Source: Octopus vulgaris (lineage: Eukaryota). Taken from it: a stretch of 64,000 nucleotides of DNA. A program made the position numbers and the translations under genes. The DNA lies in assembly GCA_951406725.2 (NCBI GenBank), contig OX597817.1, forward strand, positions 52,514,001 to 52,578,000, given 5' to 3'. The notes beneath the pieces are model-generated. The model searched no databases, was not told where the DNA came from, and saw nothing but the letters and a program-made list of their open reading frames with translations. Below, one piece after another: positions 50,215 to 64,000 of the stretch. Position 1 is the first letter of the stretch. Each line of letters begins with the position of its first letter.

Positions 50215-52019
50215 GAATTAACCTTACCGCTCCTATTTCCATAACCTAAAGTAGGTTGTGATTGGTCAGTTTTTAACTGGCCAGCTCATCTACTGACAGA
50301 CATTGGATAACATTAACCCTGTCATGCCATGTTTCCTCTTTAATGGCAACAGATTAAATATCATCTCTGCTGGATTCTTGGAAAAGTGGTAATGAATGAC
50401 ACAAATAGAAAAAGAAGATACAGCTGATTCTGTCCGTTAGCTTGTTTGCAGTTGTTATTCATAAACTGTATTTGTAACCATTTTTTTTAATCTCAGGAGC
50501 CTAGGTGGAGGGTAATTTTCAATAAGGGGACCAGGTCTGAGAGGGTTAAGTCAATCTTTTCAACATTAATATAGTGGTGGTGTTAACAAGGGTAGAATTT
50601 AATTGCATAGTATAGGATGCTATCCCAAAGAGTTAAATTCACAGATTACTTCCACACTAAATCCTACTACCTATTCTCCCAGATCCTAAGCAAACTGGAG
50701 CAATAAAGAATGGAATGTCTCCCATCCAGAGACTAAATGAAATGAGGATTAGAATTTTATGGCATAGATAGCAGTCAAATAACTAGAACAATGTGAAATA
50801 AAGTGTCTTGCTTAAGGGCACAATACACAGCTGGGAATCGAACTTATGACCTTGCAATCAGGAGCGGCACTAACCACTAAGCCACACACCTTCACTCATA
50901 AATACTTAACCTGTTAGGAAATAACCAAATCTCCAGCAGACTAGCATCTGAAAGAGAAGACATATATCTTTTCTGCTCTAGGCACAAGGCCCGAAATTTT
51001 TGGGGAGGTGGGGCCATTCGATTATAAAGATTCATTCTAAATAGAATGAATATGAAGGTGTAAAATTAAAGGACCATATTTGTTTAAAAAAGCTATATAA
51101 AGGGTCATATCATATTAAGAAACAATGATACCAGGGTCTATGTCAAATGTTTAGAAAACAATAAGGTGTATATGAGACTATAATATATAAATAAATTGAC
51201 ACCATTAAATATAAATTTCAATTTTGTAACTTTGACAATCTACAATTATAAAAGATATACTTGAAGAAAGAAAGAAGTAAGAATATGACAAAATAGAAAT
51301 TGGAGAACTTTTTCCAAAAATCTAATAAAAATATGTTATTCGAATTGAAATAGTTTCTTGATTATTGATGGGATTGAATCTACATTCTATGAATGAGAGT
51401 AAGTTTACTATTTTTTTAAATAACTGGTAGCATGACCCCATATTTACTTTAAGTAGATTTTTAACACTTTATCAGTAGAAATATCTATTTGAAAAATCTA
51501 CACAAAGTGGCAACTATATAACTAAGTTCTACTCAAAGTGTTATGTAGTGAAAAGTGGTAAATGAGAAGTGAAAATTTGCATAAACCAAGAAATGTCATG
51601 AAATGCAGACTAAGTGATAAACATGTGATAAAAACGTACACGACACAGTGAACTATGTGTCCTAAATGTGAATACAAAATAGTGAACGTGATAAGTGTAT
51701 GTGGCAGAAATCTTTGTAAGGTGGTAAAAAGACTGATGTGGTAAAAATAACGGCAGAGTTACACAGAAGTAAATGACAAAGCCAAAAAGTGGTAAACTCT
51801 TTCATAGCATACAAAAAAGGAAGTCATCCAGTTTTCGATAGTATCAGCCAGTTCGCTGAAAGAAGTTGGTGATAATGAGCGCTAAAAGAAAGAAAAATCA
51901 AGAGGTCTCTGTTAAGATTTTCATAATAAAAACGTATTATTAGTTATGAATCAATATCTAAGTTGCCAGCTTACTTCTATCTTCATATTTTGACAAGAGG
52001 CAGGAATATTTTAGTTTTT

Positions 52020-52684
52020 CTATAAATTAGCAAGAATAGAGTTGGCAATAGTGGTGATCACGACAAGGCTCATTTCTCCTTTCCAGACAAGAGGGATTGA
52101 TACAGTTTATGAGACACTGGGGGAATTTGCAGGTGAGAAGAACTGGGAGAAATATTTTATGTGGAAGATGGGATATAATAGGGATGGTGAGGGGATAAAT
52201 GGATGAGTATACCTGTGTGGATATAAATTAGCAAGAATAGAGTTGGCAATAGTTGTGGTCAAGACAAGGCTCATTTCTCCTTTCCAGACAAGTGGGATTG
52301 ATACGGTTTATGGGACACTGGGGGAATTTGCAGGTGAGAAGAACTGGGAGAAATATTTTATGTGGGAGATGGGATATCATCATTGTTTGACAGTGGTTGA
52401 GACAATGGAATTTACTGTTACACCAGACTTCACAATCCATCATAGCATTACGGAGATCCTGTTGCTGGATGCCTGTATCCCTGGAGATTACATCAGGGTA
52501 GGAGAGTTTGCACCTTCTGGTATCATGAGCAGATGGCTTCCAGAGAAGAGTAGAAATTACCTCGTTTTCAGCTCTACAAAAATGTCCAGCAAACTGGACT
52601 CTTCTACCTTTCACAAGAGATGATACAGGATGGGATATAATAGGGATGGTGAGAAGATAAATGGATGGGTATACAAGAGTGGAC
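52020..52684. repeat. ~200-bp tandem duplication; second copy interrupted by the RTE fragment
   Basis: tataaattagcaagaatagagttggcaatag... occurs at 52021 and 52222 with high identity. Confidence 0.85.
52378..52628 (-). mobile_element. 5'-truncated RTE-type LINE 3' end with TSD
   Basis: RRVQFAGHFCRAENEVISTLLWKP...RNAMMDCEVW, a (TGA)n tail, and a gatgggatat target duplication at both ends. Confidence 0.75.
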
Positions 52685-55600
52685 ATCCATCAAATTCAGA
52701 AGAGCAGAGATTACTGTAACAATATTAGATGAGGCTGTTTGTTGTAGTTCAGAAGTTAGTGTAGGGGCAACAGGAGAGGCTGACAGAAGAAACAATGGGC
52801 CAAAGGGTGAAATGGTAAGATGCCATTGACGATCTTCTTTCAGGTGTAACGTAAGATCTGTTGTGTGTGTGTGTGTGTGTAGGAACACTGTCCCCAATAT
52901 GTGAACAGTGCATATCGCTGGAGCAGGTCTGAAGTATTTTCCAAGCCTGAAGAGGAAACCAGTACTAAGCAGCGGAATATGTTGAAGCAGAGACAGAAGA
53001 GGAGGTAAAGATGGAACAAAGCACATGAATGGAATAAATGGTTAAAGTCCGTCAGTAAATTCCTGCCAATCAGTCAAATGGGCTTCCTTTAAATATTACC
53101 TAAGATCCTTACATTCAGTAGTTCACCAATTCTGAAGAGTTTAGAATATATTTTTCTTTACAGTTTCTTCTTTAAGCTTTTAACACAAAAATTAGCAATA
53201 TTCATTAAAAAGATGTATTTGTTTGTCTTTTTCTTTTTTGGCTCAGGAAACAGGTATGTCTGGTGTGGAAAAATAAAATTTTCTCAGATGTTCTTTTATT
53301 GGTGCTGGTCACTGGGACAGTGGACATACTAGGACATTGTCTTCAAGAACTTTGAGTTGATTTTAGACACTGATAGAATGCACATACACACACACACACA
53401 ACTGTAAGATCAACAAACAAAAACAAAAAAAACTAAAATGAAGAACTCAATATATTAGTATTAATATTTTTCAGCTGTAATAAATTTATAAATTTATAAT
53501 AATCAATAAATCTATTGGGTCATCCCATAAACGATGTGGTTTTTTCAATTTTTTCTTTTTTGCGCCCTTTTCAAGCCTAGCCAGGCTTATGGGCCCGGTT
53601 TCCCAGTTTCTATGGCGTATGTGTTCCCCCCCCAGCTGGACGGGACAACAGTCCATTGCAGCGTTACTCAAGAAACAGGAAGAAAGAGAGAAAGTTAGGG
53701 TGAAAGAGTACAACAGGGGTTGCCATCACCCCCTGCTGGAACCTCACAGAGCTTTAGATGTTTTCGCTCAATAAACACACATAACACCCAGTCTGGGAAT
53801 CGAAACTGCGATCCTCCGACTGCGAATCTGCTGCTCTAACCACTGGGCCAGTATGCCTCCACATTTTTTCAATTGCATGAACTAAAAGAGCCGACCCCCT
53901 TTGGAAGAATTTGAACTCAAAATGTAATGGATACAACCAGAGTCATTTTGTCTAGTAATTCTACCATTTAAAAAATTTAAATCTTTTCATGACCCCTTGC
54001 AAAGCCTCCGAGACTTGATTGAGGGATTGAGGTAGGAAGGGAGATATTATCAGAGCAGAGACTTGGCTTGAATACTTGGATTCCTTTGCCCAAACAGCAA
54101 AGGTGTTAGATTAAATCTACCACTCAAGTAGGCCATGCTGGGATTTGAACTCAGAATACAAAGACACAGCACAAATACCATAAGGCATCATCCCTTGCAA
54201 TGCTGTAATGTTTCCATTGGCACACTGTCCAAAGCCGGTGAAGGTGCATAGTTTAGTGGTTAGTGTGTTGGGCTCATGAGCATAAAGTCGGGGGTTCTAT
54301 TCCAAGCAGTACCTTGTATCCTTAAGCAAGGCACTTTATTTTACATTGCTCCAGTTTACTCAGCTGGCAAAAAAAGCAAGTAGTAGCAATTGCAAATCTC
54401 AACATTATTGCAAAATGCAGCTGGTCTTTACAAGATTTGAACCCAGAACTTAGACATCATCATCGTTTAACATCCATTTTCCGTGCTAGCATGGGTTGGA
54501 CAGTTTAACCGGGGTCTGGGAAGCCAGGAGGCTGCACCAGGCTCCAATCTTGATCTGGCAGTGTTTCTACAGCTGGATGCCCTTCCTAATGCCAACAACT
54601 TGGTGAGTGTAGTGGGTGCTTTTTACGTGCCACCAGCACAGGTGCCAGGGGAGGCTGGCAGCGGCCATGATCGGTTGGTGCTTTTTATGTGCCACTGGCA
54701 CAGAAGCCAGTCATGGCAGCGCTGGCGTCAGCCACGTTCGGATGGTGCCTTTTACGTGCCACGGGCACAGGTATCACAAAACTAAATACCTTTATATATT
54801 TAAAATTTCCTCATTTGCACCATTCCTCAACAACAACAACTACGGTATTCTTAATATTCTGTTGCAGGATGGATGGTGTAAGTATGAAAGCAATGCCAAC
54901 AAACAAACAGAAGAAATACTAGAAAAAAGAGTGTCTGAAAAATCAATGGAGTGTGTGTGTGTGAGAGAGAGAGAGAGAAAGAAAGAGAGAGAGCATATAA
55001 AGAAACAATTGTTGAAGTATGTTATGGCAGCTGTAAGATAATTACAATGTTGAGATAATAATATCACACACACACACACATACAGGTAAAGTCAAGCTTG
55101 GTGGAACATGATGGTAGATGAAATACCTATTTCTTTACTACCCACAAGGGGCTAAACACAGAGAGGACAAATAAGGACAGACAAACGGATTAAGTTGATT
55201 ACATTGACCCCAGTGCGCAGCTGGTACTTATTTAATCAACCCTGAAAGGATGAAAGGCAAAGTTGACCTTGGCGGAGTTTGAACTCAGAACGTAACGGCA
55301 GACAAAATACGGCTACGCATTTTGCTCGGTGTGCTAACGGTTCTGCCAGCTCACCGCCTTCCTGCCTAAATATATTAAGGGTACAATATTTAGCCCCTTA
55401 CACTAGGAATCAAGAGAGTTCATCATGTGTGTGTGTGTGCAAGCGTGTATACACTGCAAAGTTATCAACAAGACTGAATCTCTGGTTTAAAGGGCAAACT
55501 CTGTTGAATCTGTTCAACATCTTTTACTGTTTTGTTTGTCCAATTTTTTTTTTTACATCTTAGGGGATGTACAGGATTAAGTTATTATTTTTTAGGACAG

Positions 55601-57600
55601 TTTTGTTTTTAATTTTTCGTTTTGACCTGGATTGGAATTTGGCCTGTTGGGTATCCACATGAAATGATTGAGCAGATTTTTTGGGTTAGATGTTTGTAAA
55701 ATCTTCCCAGTGATTATATCAGAGATAAAAACTATTTGTTGAATATTTAATGACTTCCACTGTAATACGAGAAGGTATTTCTGTTTATTTAGAATGTCTG
55801 TCTGCCTGTATGTATGTATATATGTATACATATGAATCTTATATATTTATATATTTTATATGATGCTTATTTATTTATATATTATTATATTTTTAAACAT
55901 CTGACTTTTTATCTGTTCTGTAGATATATATGAATATATGTATGTGTTTGATCTTTCTGTGGATTTTGTAATGTTCCTTTAGTCGCTGCTCACACTGCCT
56001 CCCCTCAGATTAACCAGAAGAATATAGCTCGTTTGGAGCACTACAATTCCAGTCTGTTATATATTTTGAGTATTGCTGTCACTAGCGATCTCAAGATATA
56101 ACTTTGTATATTGTATTTTATATGTTTGTATAAATGTGTGTGTGTGTGTGTGTGTGTGAATAAGTAAATAGATTTGTTTAATAGTGAGCATTCAATTGTT
56201 CAATCAACTGAACTAGCCATGCAGTTTGCATTTAAATTGTTTTATATTCTCCAGAGATGTGTATCTTTCATCCTTTCATTACTGTATTTTTAATGTAGTC
56301 CACTGTTTAATTATTTTCAATGATAATTGAAATGTAAGAATGTGAAAAGAGTCAACAGAACAATTAAGTTTCTCACTCATTGGTAAATGAAGTTTGTGTT
56401 TTGAACATAAAGTGTTCAGATAGAAAAAATATTATGATGAAAGATTTAAAACTGAATAGGAACGTCTTAAAAAATTGTATCTTGTAACTATAAGTGGTCT
56501 TGGCATTGAAAAGGTTGCTATAAATGTTCACACCATTTAGGGTGCAGCCACCCATCCTCTCAACTGAAAATAATTATTGATAATTATTGAATGGCGGTGC
56601 CCCAGCATGGCCACAGCTCTTGAGCTGAAACTAGATAAAAAAAATAAAAAAAAAAAAAATATACAAAAGAATTAACAGCATGGTTTAACACAACCAACCT
56701 TGGCTGATCTCAGGACACTGTGCCTTACAAAAAACTGAGATATCTTGCATTTTGCTGCTCTCAAGAAGATCTGGCCAACACAGCAAAATTATTAATGCTC
56801 TCTATTCTCAGCTAAAGGGGTTTTTGCCTTGCAAGACTCCCATGCTGGTACTATGTAAAAAAGCACTTGTGCTGGTGCCTTTTATGGCATCACATAAAAA
56901 GCACCCAGCATGCTCTGTAAAGCAGTTGGTGTTAAGAAGGGCATCCAGCTGTAGAATCCAGGCCAAATCAGACTGGAACCTGGTCCAGCCAGCTAGCTCT
57001 AGTCAAACCATCCAATCCATGCCTGCATCAAAAGCATGTTAAATGATAATGGTGATGACCTTTGGCCTCTTTTGGGTGCCTTTAACAGAGTTTGCTCTAT
57101 TGCAAGTACTGGGTCAGGAATCTGGTGTGAAAATAAATTCAGCGTGCCCTTCCTTCCTCTTGCCAGTGTTGGAGGCCTTAAAAACAGTTGGTTGCATTGC
57201 CTTTCGTCCTTTGACTAATTTACATAAAAAAATAAAACTGAAACACCATACAAGAAAATACAAAATACAAGAAAAAGATCCCTTCTTAAGCCAAAGCTAG
57301 AACTTTATGAATGGATAAGGAAATTAACCCTTTCAAATGACTAGCGTTTGTAGATTACAAATAATTTTGAAAATCACGAATCTGTAAGGATTTAGCATGA
57401 TAACTGGTTGCCTGAAGCTCAAATGACAACAGTACCTTCCCCTCCCTCTTGAACAAAGGACTAAAACATGGAATTCTAGCCACCTTACAGAAATTGAACT
57501 TAAACTCTTATAGGAATTTTCACCAACACACAACCACTTCCTGAAATTCCATATTCTACATTATTAAGTTTGTGTTTGGAACCTCATTTTAAAAGTTTTT

Positions 57601-58034
57601 ACAATTAATTTTAAATATAACAAAGAATTTAGTAAAATAACTTAGTTATCATTCAACTAGTGTTAGGAACATAAATTGTGACTAAGGTTTGGTGGAAGAT
57701 TTTAATTCTAAACTTATGAAAACAAGATATTTGTACTCAGAGCCAGAGCTGGTTTCAGCCGGGTTGGTATCGAAAAGGTTAAGAATTGTTTCTCTATTAT
57801 ATATTTTAACCCTTTTCGTTACCATATTTCTGTTGAGATGCTCTGTGTTTCTTTCAATTAATTTTAAATATAACAAAAACTTTAGTAAAATAACTTGGTT
57901 ATCATTAAGCTGGTGTTAGGAACACAAATTGTGACTAAGGTTTGGTGGAAGATTATAATTCAAAACTTATGAAAACAAGACATTTGTATTACAGAGCCAG
58001 AGGTGGTTTCAGCCGGGTTGGTATCAAAGGGTTA
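57601..58034. mobile_element. Two adjacent copies of the piggyBac-type MITE (first is 5'-truncated)
   Basis: Near-identical to 535-751. The second copy (57807-58034) has ttaaccct...agggttaa ends. Confidence 0.7.
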
Positions 58035-58135
58035 ATGGAAGATAATCACCATCATAGAAGCAACCAGAAATGACATCAGGAAGATTGATAAGAGAAGAGT
58101 AAGAAATAAGTGGAAAACAGGGGTCAAATACTTAC

Positions 58136-58317
58136 TGATTTGTCCTTTTTGTCTTTTTTTAAGAAAGAGAAGAAGCCTTTTTTTCTACGAGTATCTTTTG
58201 GGGGTGGCATGTGGATGTAGTTTTTTGATGGTCCCTGGCTTTGGTTTGACTTTGTTGGGTCTGCAATCCAACTGGTTGGAGACAGATCTGGCACAGACAT
58301 GTAATGGTCAGTTGATG
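58136..58317 (-). CDS. COBL: Cobl-like exon (STDHYMSVPDLSPTSW...PPPKDTRRKKGFFSFLKKDKKDKS)
   Basis: ttttcag acceptor, TCA|gtaag donor, 182 nt (phase 1->0), open frame. The KKGFFSF basic motif follows the Ub-like domain as in Cobl family proteins. Confidence 0.88.
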
Positions 58318-61299
58318 CTGAAAATTATAAAGAATGGCAAAGCTATTGGACACTGGCAGTAAATAGGTAGCTGCAGAGTTGTGGATGTTGGAGATTATGA
58401 CAAAAGAGTAGAGGATGACAACAATGATGGGTGATTTATTATGGCAATGGTCTTAATGAAGGTAACAACAATAGCAGTCACAGTAGCGATACTCTGATCA
58501 TCATCATCATCATCATCATCGTTTAACATCCGCTTTCCATGCTAGCATGGGTTGGACGAATGACTGAGGGCTGGCAAACCAGATGGCTGCACCAGGCTTC
58601 AATCTTGATCTGGCAGAGTTTCTACAGCTGGATGCCCTTCTTAACACCAACCACTCCAAGAGTGTAGTGGGTGCTTTTTACGTGCCACCGGCACGAGGCC
58701 AGTCAGGTGATACTGGCAATGACCTTGCTCGAATCTTTTTACACGTGCCAGTAAGGCGATGCTAGTAACGATCACACTGATAATTATGACAATGACAGTA
58801 AAGTGGAACTCATTAGAGAATTATACAGAAGTCCTTCTGGCATTTGTTGTACTGAGGTCAACGCTTCCCTTCAAGATGTTGGGGGTCAATGAAACAAACC
58901 CGGATGGTGGACTGGCAGAATTAAAAGAATATCAGAATGTCTTGCACTTTCTGTTCTAGGTCTTTACATTCTGAAGGCAACATCAGTGATGTCATTGTGC
59001 CAGGCTGTATCAGTCTTAAGAATGGCAGCCTTTCTCTTGGACAATTTCAGTGGCTGATGTGGAGAAAAGAGACTTGTATTTAACATTTTTCTAATAACCA
59101 AATATAACAATATTTTAGCCATCAGGCATTTTCAATTTCCACAATTTTAAAAATTTTCACTCCACCCTAATAAATATACAGACAGCTACAAGGTCAAGTC
59201 TGACTCACGAAGAGCTCAACTCTATAATGGTAGTAATGATCGAATATTGGTAATGATTATAGCATAAATATAAAAGGATTATTAAGGTGATGACGACAAT
59301 AACACCAATACTGATAATAACTGATAATTATGATAATACTCCGATATTCATAATTATGATGGCACTTTGATGATGAGATCTTAAGTGATAAAAGATAACA
59401 GTCTGGCAGTATCTCTTTTGGTAATGGTGATGATTTAATAATGTTGGTATAAATAATGCTGATGGCAGAGTATAAAGGTGATGAGCTGGCAGACCAGTGG
59501 GCAAACTGGGCAAAATGCTTGGCAGCATTATGTCCTTTGTGTTGTGAGTTAAAATTCCATCAAGATTGACCTTACCTTTCACTCTTTCAGGGTTAATAAA
59601 ATAAGTACCACTGTGATCCATGTAATCAACTCACCTCCTCCCCCAAACTGCTGGCCTTGGGTCAAAATTTGAATCCATTATTGATAGAGGTGATTATAAT
59701 AATGAAGATCAGGAATGTCATTATGACAGCACTGTGGGGTTCTAGCTTGACCCCGCCTGAGATTTGAAACCAAATCCACCAGCTTGTTCCTGTGGAGCAG
59801 GAAATCCTCCACACTAAATGATTGATGAGGAAACACTCCACCCCCTAGGACCTGTACTGGTCAAGGAAAGGTCAGTCCTTTGTTTAAGGTTGACCTACAT
59901 TACTGACCATAGCCTATAGAACAGAGAGAATTTTCTATCTCTTCTTCTGATGTGTCAGCTATGACCAAAGAGCAACACCAGCTCCTTTGTGTCAGCCAGA
60001 CCAAGGGGCAACACCCACTTTTGCATCAGCCTTAACCAAGAGCAGCGCTTCCTTTTGCCCTTCACTCGATTTGCTGAGAGAGGCTTTCGGCTGTAAGAAA
60101 GGTGATGCGCCTTCATCCTTTCTAGTCAGCACCATGACTACCTTACTCTTTCCCTCTACTGACAGACAACCTTTTTCTACATATCATCGACTAACCAGCG
60201 AGTCATCCTTGTCACTATAACTAGAATTGCTGCTGTCTCTGTAACAACCTGTCGGGTAAATGAATAAATATAGGTAAGTAACAGTTCTTCGTTCTCAGTG
60301 TTAATTCTTCGATGTATACTGGTTACTCTGATGCGAGAACCTTGAAGCCTTACATCTGTACACTACATCGTATTGAATTGATATGGCACACTACATCGAG
60401 CCCAGTACAGCATCTATAATAATATTACCATGGAGAACCTTCGTGGTTGTAACCAACTAGAATTAGTACAAACTCCATTAAGCTACTGTTATAAAAATGA
60501 AGGACACACGAGACAATCTAAACCCTGATATACAGAATGATTGGATAGTGATGGGTATCTGCATGGTTGCAACATGAAAACAAAACAAATTTAAAGATTA
60601 CAACCCAAAGATTATTGAAATCTGGAATAAGGCAAGTCTTTCTAGAAATATTTCAAAAACAAAAATTTGTGTAGAGGAGAGGGAGATTTTGATATTTTGG
60701 GTAGAAAAGGATTCTTCTTCAAAAGAATGTGAAGTATGATGAAATATTTGTACAAATACTTTTCCATATTACCTGGACAATGTGTTCTTTTCTTCTGGTT
60801 GTCAAATTGGGACCAAGATTACCTAATGACCTACATTTTACAGCTAACTTACAATTAGCTGTTAGAAAATGATTTCTGACTTAGCCTTTTATATTCTGGG
60901 ATTTTTAAAAAATAAAATGCAATATTTCATATGGTTTGGTTACAGTTTATCTTCGATTTGAAAACTGTAACTAACTAATGTTATTGTTTGCAAATGTGAT
61001 ATATATATATATATCATCATCATCATCATCATCATTGTTTAATGTTTGTCTTCCATGCTAGCATGAGTAGGACTGTAGTACAGGAGCCCATCAGGCTGAA
61101 GCCTGCACCAAACTTCTGTGACTGTATTGGCAGGATTTTTACAGCTGGATGTCCTTCCTAACACCAACCACTCAGCAGAGTGGACTTAGTGCTTTTTATG
61201 TGGCTCAAGCACAGGCAAGGTGAGTAGTTCTTTTTATGTGGCACAAGCACAGGCGAGGTCAGTTTGGGCAAGGTTTTTACAGCTGGATGCCCTTATGAA

Positions 61300-61583
61300 C
61301 ACCAGCCAGGCTCATGGGCCTGATTTCCCGGTTTCTGTGGCATATGTTTTCCCCCAGCTGGACGTGACACCAGTCCATCACAGTGTTACTCAAGAAACAG
61401 GATGAGAGAGTAAAAGTTGGGGCGAAAGAGTACAACAGGGGTCACCACCAGCCCCTGCCAGAGCCTCATGGAGCTTTAGGTGTTTTTGCTCAATAAACAC
61501 ACACAATGCCCAGTCTGGGAATCGAAACCGCGATCCTCCAACTGCGAGTCCGCTGCCCTAACCACTGGGCTATTGCGCCTCCA
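61300..61583 (-). mobile_element. tRNA-derived SINE (family D)
   Basis: ggaggcgcaatagcccagtggttagggcagcggactc...ggtttcgattccc head. Copies at 37652-37817, 47000-47290 and 53560-53862. Confidence 0.8.
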
Positions 61584-61774
61584 CATTTTATTATTATTAA
61601 TAATAATAATCTCGAAAAATACCTTAAGAATGAGAACCCAGGTTTGAAATTTCCCCAGGACACCTGAAGAAGGCTGGAGAGTACATCAGCCGTAACAATG
61701 TGTTAACAACAAACAATATGAGGACAAATATCCGTCAAATGTAAATAATGTAAACAATGTAAATAATATATTAC

Positions 61775-62003
61775 CTTTGTGAACAAGATTGAGCTCATGC
61801 TGTTGAAGACCCAATTCTTGGAGTGTATATTTGAGATTTATCACAGATCCAGGTTTGTCTGGACGTTGCAACACAAACACATTTGGGTCGAGGTTCTTCT
61901 CTTCACATACGCTCTGGTGCAACTCGTGCAGGGGATGGTTAGCGCTCATCCTGCGCACCACTTTCTGAGCATGTGGCAAGTTTATGGTGAGTCGATACGT
62001 CAT
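61775..62003 (-). CDS. COBL: Cordon-bleu-like protein, exon with ubiquitin-like (RBD-like) domain (MTYRLTINLPHAQKVVRRMSANHPLHELHQSVCEEKNLDP...LQELGLQQHELNLVHK)
   Basis: ttttcag acceptor, AAAG|gtaa donor, 229 nt (phase 0->1). Resembles my recollection of the Cobl/Cobll1 Ub-like segment (..R..IN....QK...R.S....L.EL...C....DP...L...L..LGL.EL). Probably an internal exon, with upstream exons beyond the window. Confidence 0.85.
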
Positions 62004-64000
62004 CTGAAAATAGCAGTAAAATGACTTGTTAAAGAAATCATCGTTATTATCAATTTACACATAATCTCATCAATGCTTTAATGCCCGCTGTCCCATGGGT
62101 CACACAAAACTGCTGAAGCAGATTTTCCTATGGTCAAAAACCCTCACCAGCTTCCAAGCAAAGTAATATTTTCTCCAAGTTATATATATTACTTTATTGC
62201 CCACAAGGGGCTAAACATAGAAGGGGTTACAAAGAAGGACAGACAAAGGGATTAAGTCGATTACCAAGCTTCTCTGTTAAGTTACAATGACATTTTGTTC
62301 CACCAGGGTTTGCAGGATGTCCTCATTGAGCTCTACAGATCTTCCAGGATGAGGCTCGTCTTCTAGGCTATAGTTTCCAGCTTGGAATTTCTGGAACTAC
62401 CATTGACATTGGCTTATACTTATTGTCTGATCCCCATATACTGCATTAATATTCCTCACATTTTCCATTGCATTGTTGCTTTTATTGAACTCATAAAGCA
62501 AAATATGCTGAATACACTTTGTCTCTTCCATTATAGCTTTGAAAAAATAACTGTTAAAATCAAACTGCACTCTTCAAAACTTGCACTAAGAATAAAGTTA
62601 AATTGCTACCTGCTTTTAAAGCAAGTTGATGCAGGTAATTTATCCTGTTCCCCACCGACTTTTAGTTTGTGCTTTTATAAAAACCGCATTATTTATTGGA
62701 TGGCCCAATTCACACACACAATGAAGGCATGTGGCTTTGTGGTTAGGGGTGATTGGTTCACAATTGTAAGGTCCTTGAGCAAGAGACTTTATTTCACATT
62801 GCTCAAACCCATTCACTCAGCTGGCAGATGCGAGTTATACATGTAATTCAAAGGGCCAGCCTTGTTACATAGTGTCACGCTGAATCTCCGAGAACAAAAT
62901 TACAAGTACTTGTGTCTGGGCCAAATTTTGGCACAAGGCAAGCAAATTCAAGGTGTAGGTGTAAGTTGATTACATCGACCCCAGTGCACGTTAATTTCAC
63001 GAGCAAGCTGTTTTGTTGTTTCAACTGGAACCCTTGTCATAACTGATGGAGCACCAGTTATGGTGTCAAAGAACAGGAACAAAAATTATTCAATACTATA
63101 ATATTATTCAATACAATACTAAAGGCGGTGCTCCAGCATGGCCGCAGTTAAATGACTGAAACAAGTAAAAGAGTATAGTAAAATATAAGAGTTTATTTAG
63201 GACACTGGATCTGCTTCAGTAAACTGTTCATGCCCAAATACACATGTTTATTTTTTGACTGGTTTCAGCTATTAGACTACGGTCATACTGGAGCACTGCA
63301 CTAGTTATTTTATTGACCTCAGAAAAATGAAAGACAAAGTGAATCTGGGTAGGATTTGAACTTGAAACAAAGATATAAAACTAAATACCACACATTTTCA
63401 CTAATGCTCTAACAATTTAAGCATTCCCCCCACCCCATACTCTCTTTTACTCTTTTACTTGTTTCAGTCATTTTGACTGCGGCCATGCTGGAGCACCACC
63501 TTTAATCGAACAACTTGATCCCGGGACTTTTGTAAGCCCAGTACTTATTCTATCTCAGTCTTACTTATGGTAACTCCAAGAGTAGACTGGGCATTCTGGG
63601 AAAAAAACTCTAAAAGTGTATGCAGCACTGGATAAAATTTATATTTAGCAAAATAAGCTTGTGCTTGGGGCATGGTCGCCACATAAATGGTAACTGGTTT
63701 ACAGCACAAAACAAAACATATTTTAGTCTTATTAAAATAATATTCAAAGTGGTTTATATGATCGGAAATACAATTTTGAAGTGTTCGTGGTGTCATAGTG
63801 AGGATCAGATGAAAGGCTTTGCAATTTAAAATAAAAAGGTAAGAGAAAACTTTTCAAATATAAATAAAATGGAAATATACAAAAACAAACATTATTTTCC
63901 ATCTTTGCTTTGTTTCATTTTGAAAAATAAAAGTTTATTTTATGGTTTATTATTGTTTAAGTTTTGAATTATATATATATGGGGGATTTTTACATGCCAG

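Noticed and set aside
52604-53026. 140-aa minus-strand ORF as an extra exon
   Set aside because: Its phase is incompatible with the phase-0 intron, it has no recognisable motif, and it spans a CA repeat.
59900-60250. Candidate extra Cobl-like exon after the acceptor-like cccgacag at ~60250
   Set aside because: All three frames hit stop codons shortly after the acceptor, and 61775 joins 58317 in phase.

Overview
AT-rich eukaryotic (metazoan) genomic DNA. The dense tRNA-derived SINEs and (TA)n/(CA)n/(CAT)n microsatellites resemble an octopus/cephalopod genome (inference). Two convergent genes are present. On + is the last coding exon and 3'UTR of glutathione reductase (1017-1166). On - are eight phase-compatible coding exons (62003 down to 19770, about 1915 aa, 5' end probably outside the window) of a cordon-bleu (Cobl/Cobll1)-like gene. 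It has a ubiquitin-like domain, a KKGFFSF motif, KxKPAPPPP motifs and a C-terminal WH2. Its 3.9-kb exon encodes about 27 copies of a ~29-aa Trp-anchored helical repeat that I do not recognise, with a ~12-unit higher-order period. Introns and intergenic DNA hold SINEs, LINE remnants (CR1/L2-like, RTE, R4-like), mariner/Tigger/piggyBac/Helitron-type non-autonomous elements, and many fold-back elements. Several unrelated fold-back families carry type I hammerhead-ribozyme motifs: one family with covarying stems, one with a U3:A8 core variant, and one fused to a tRNA-derived SINE head. This suggests a Penelope-like/retrozyme system. All calls were made by eye; no database searches or folding computations were run.
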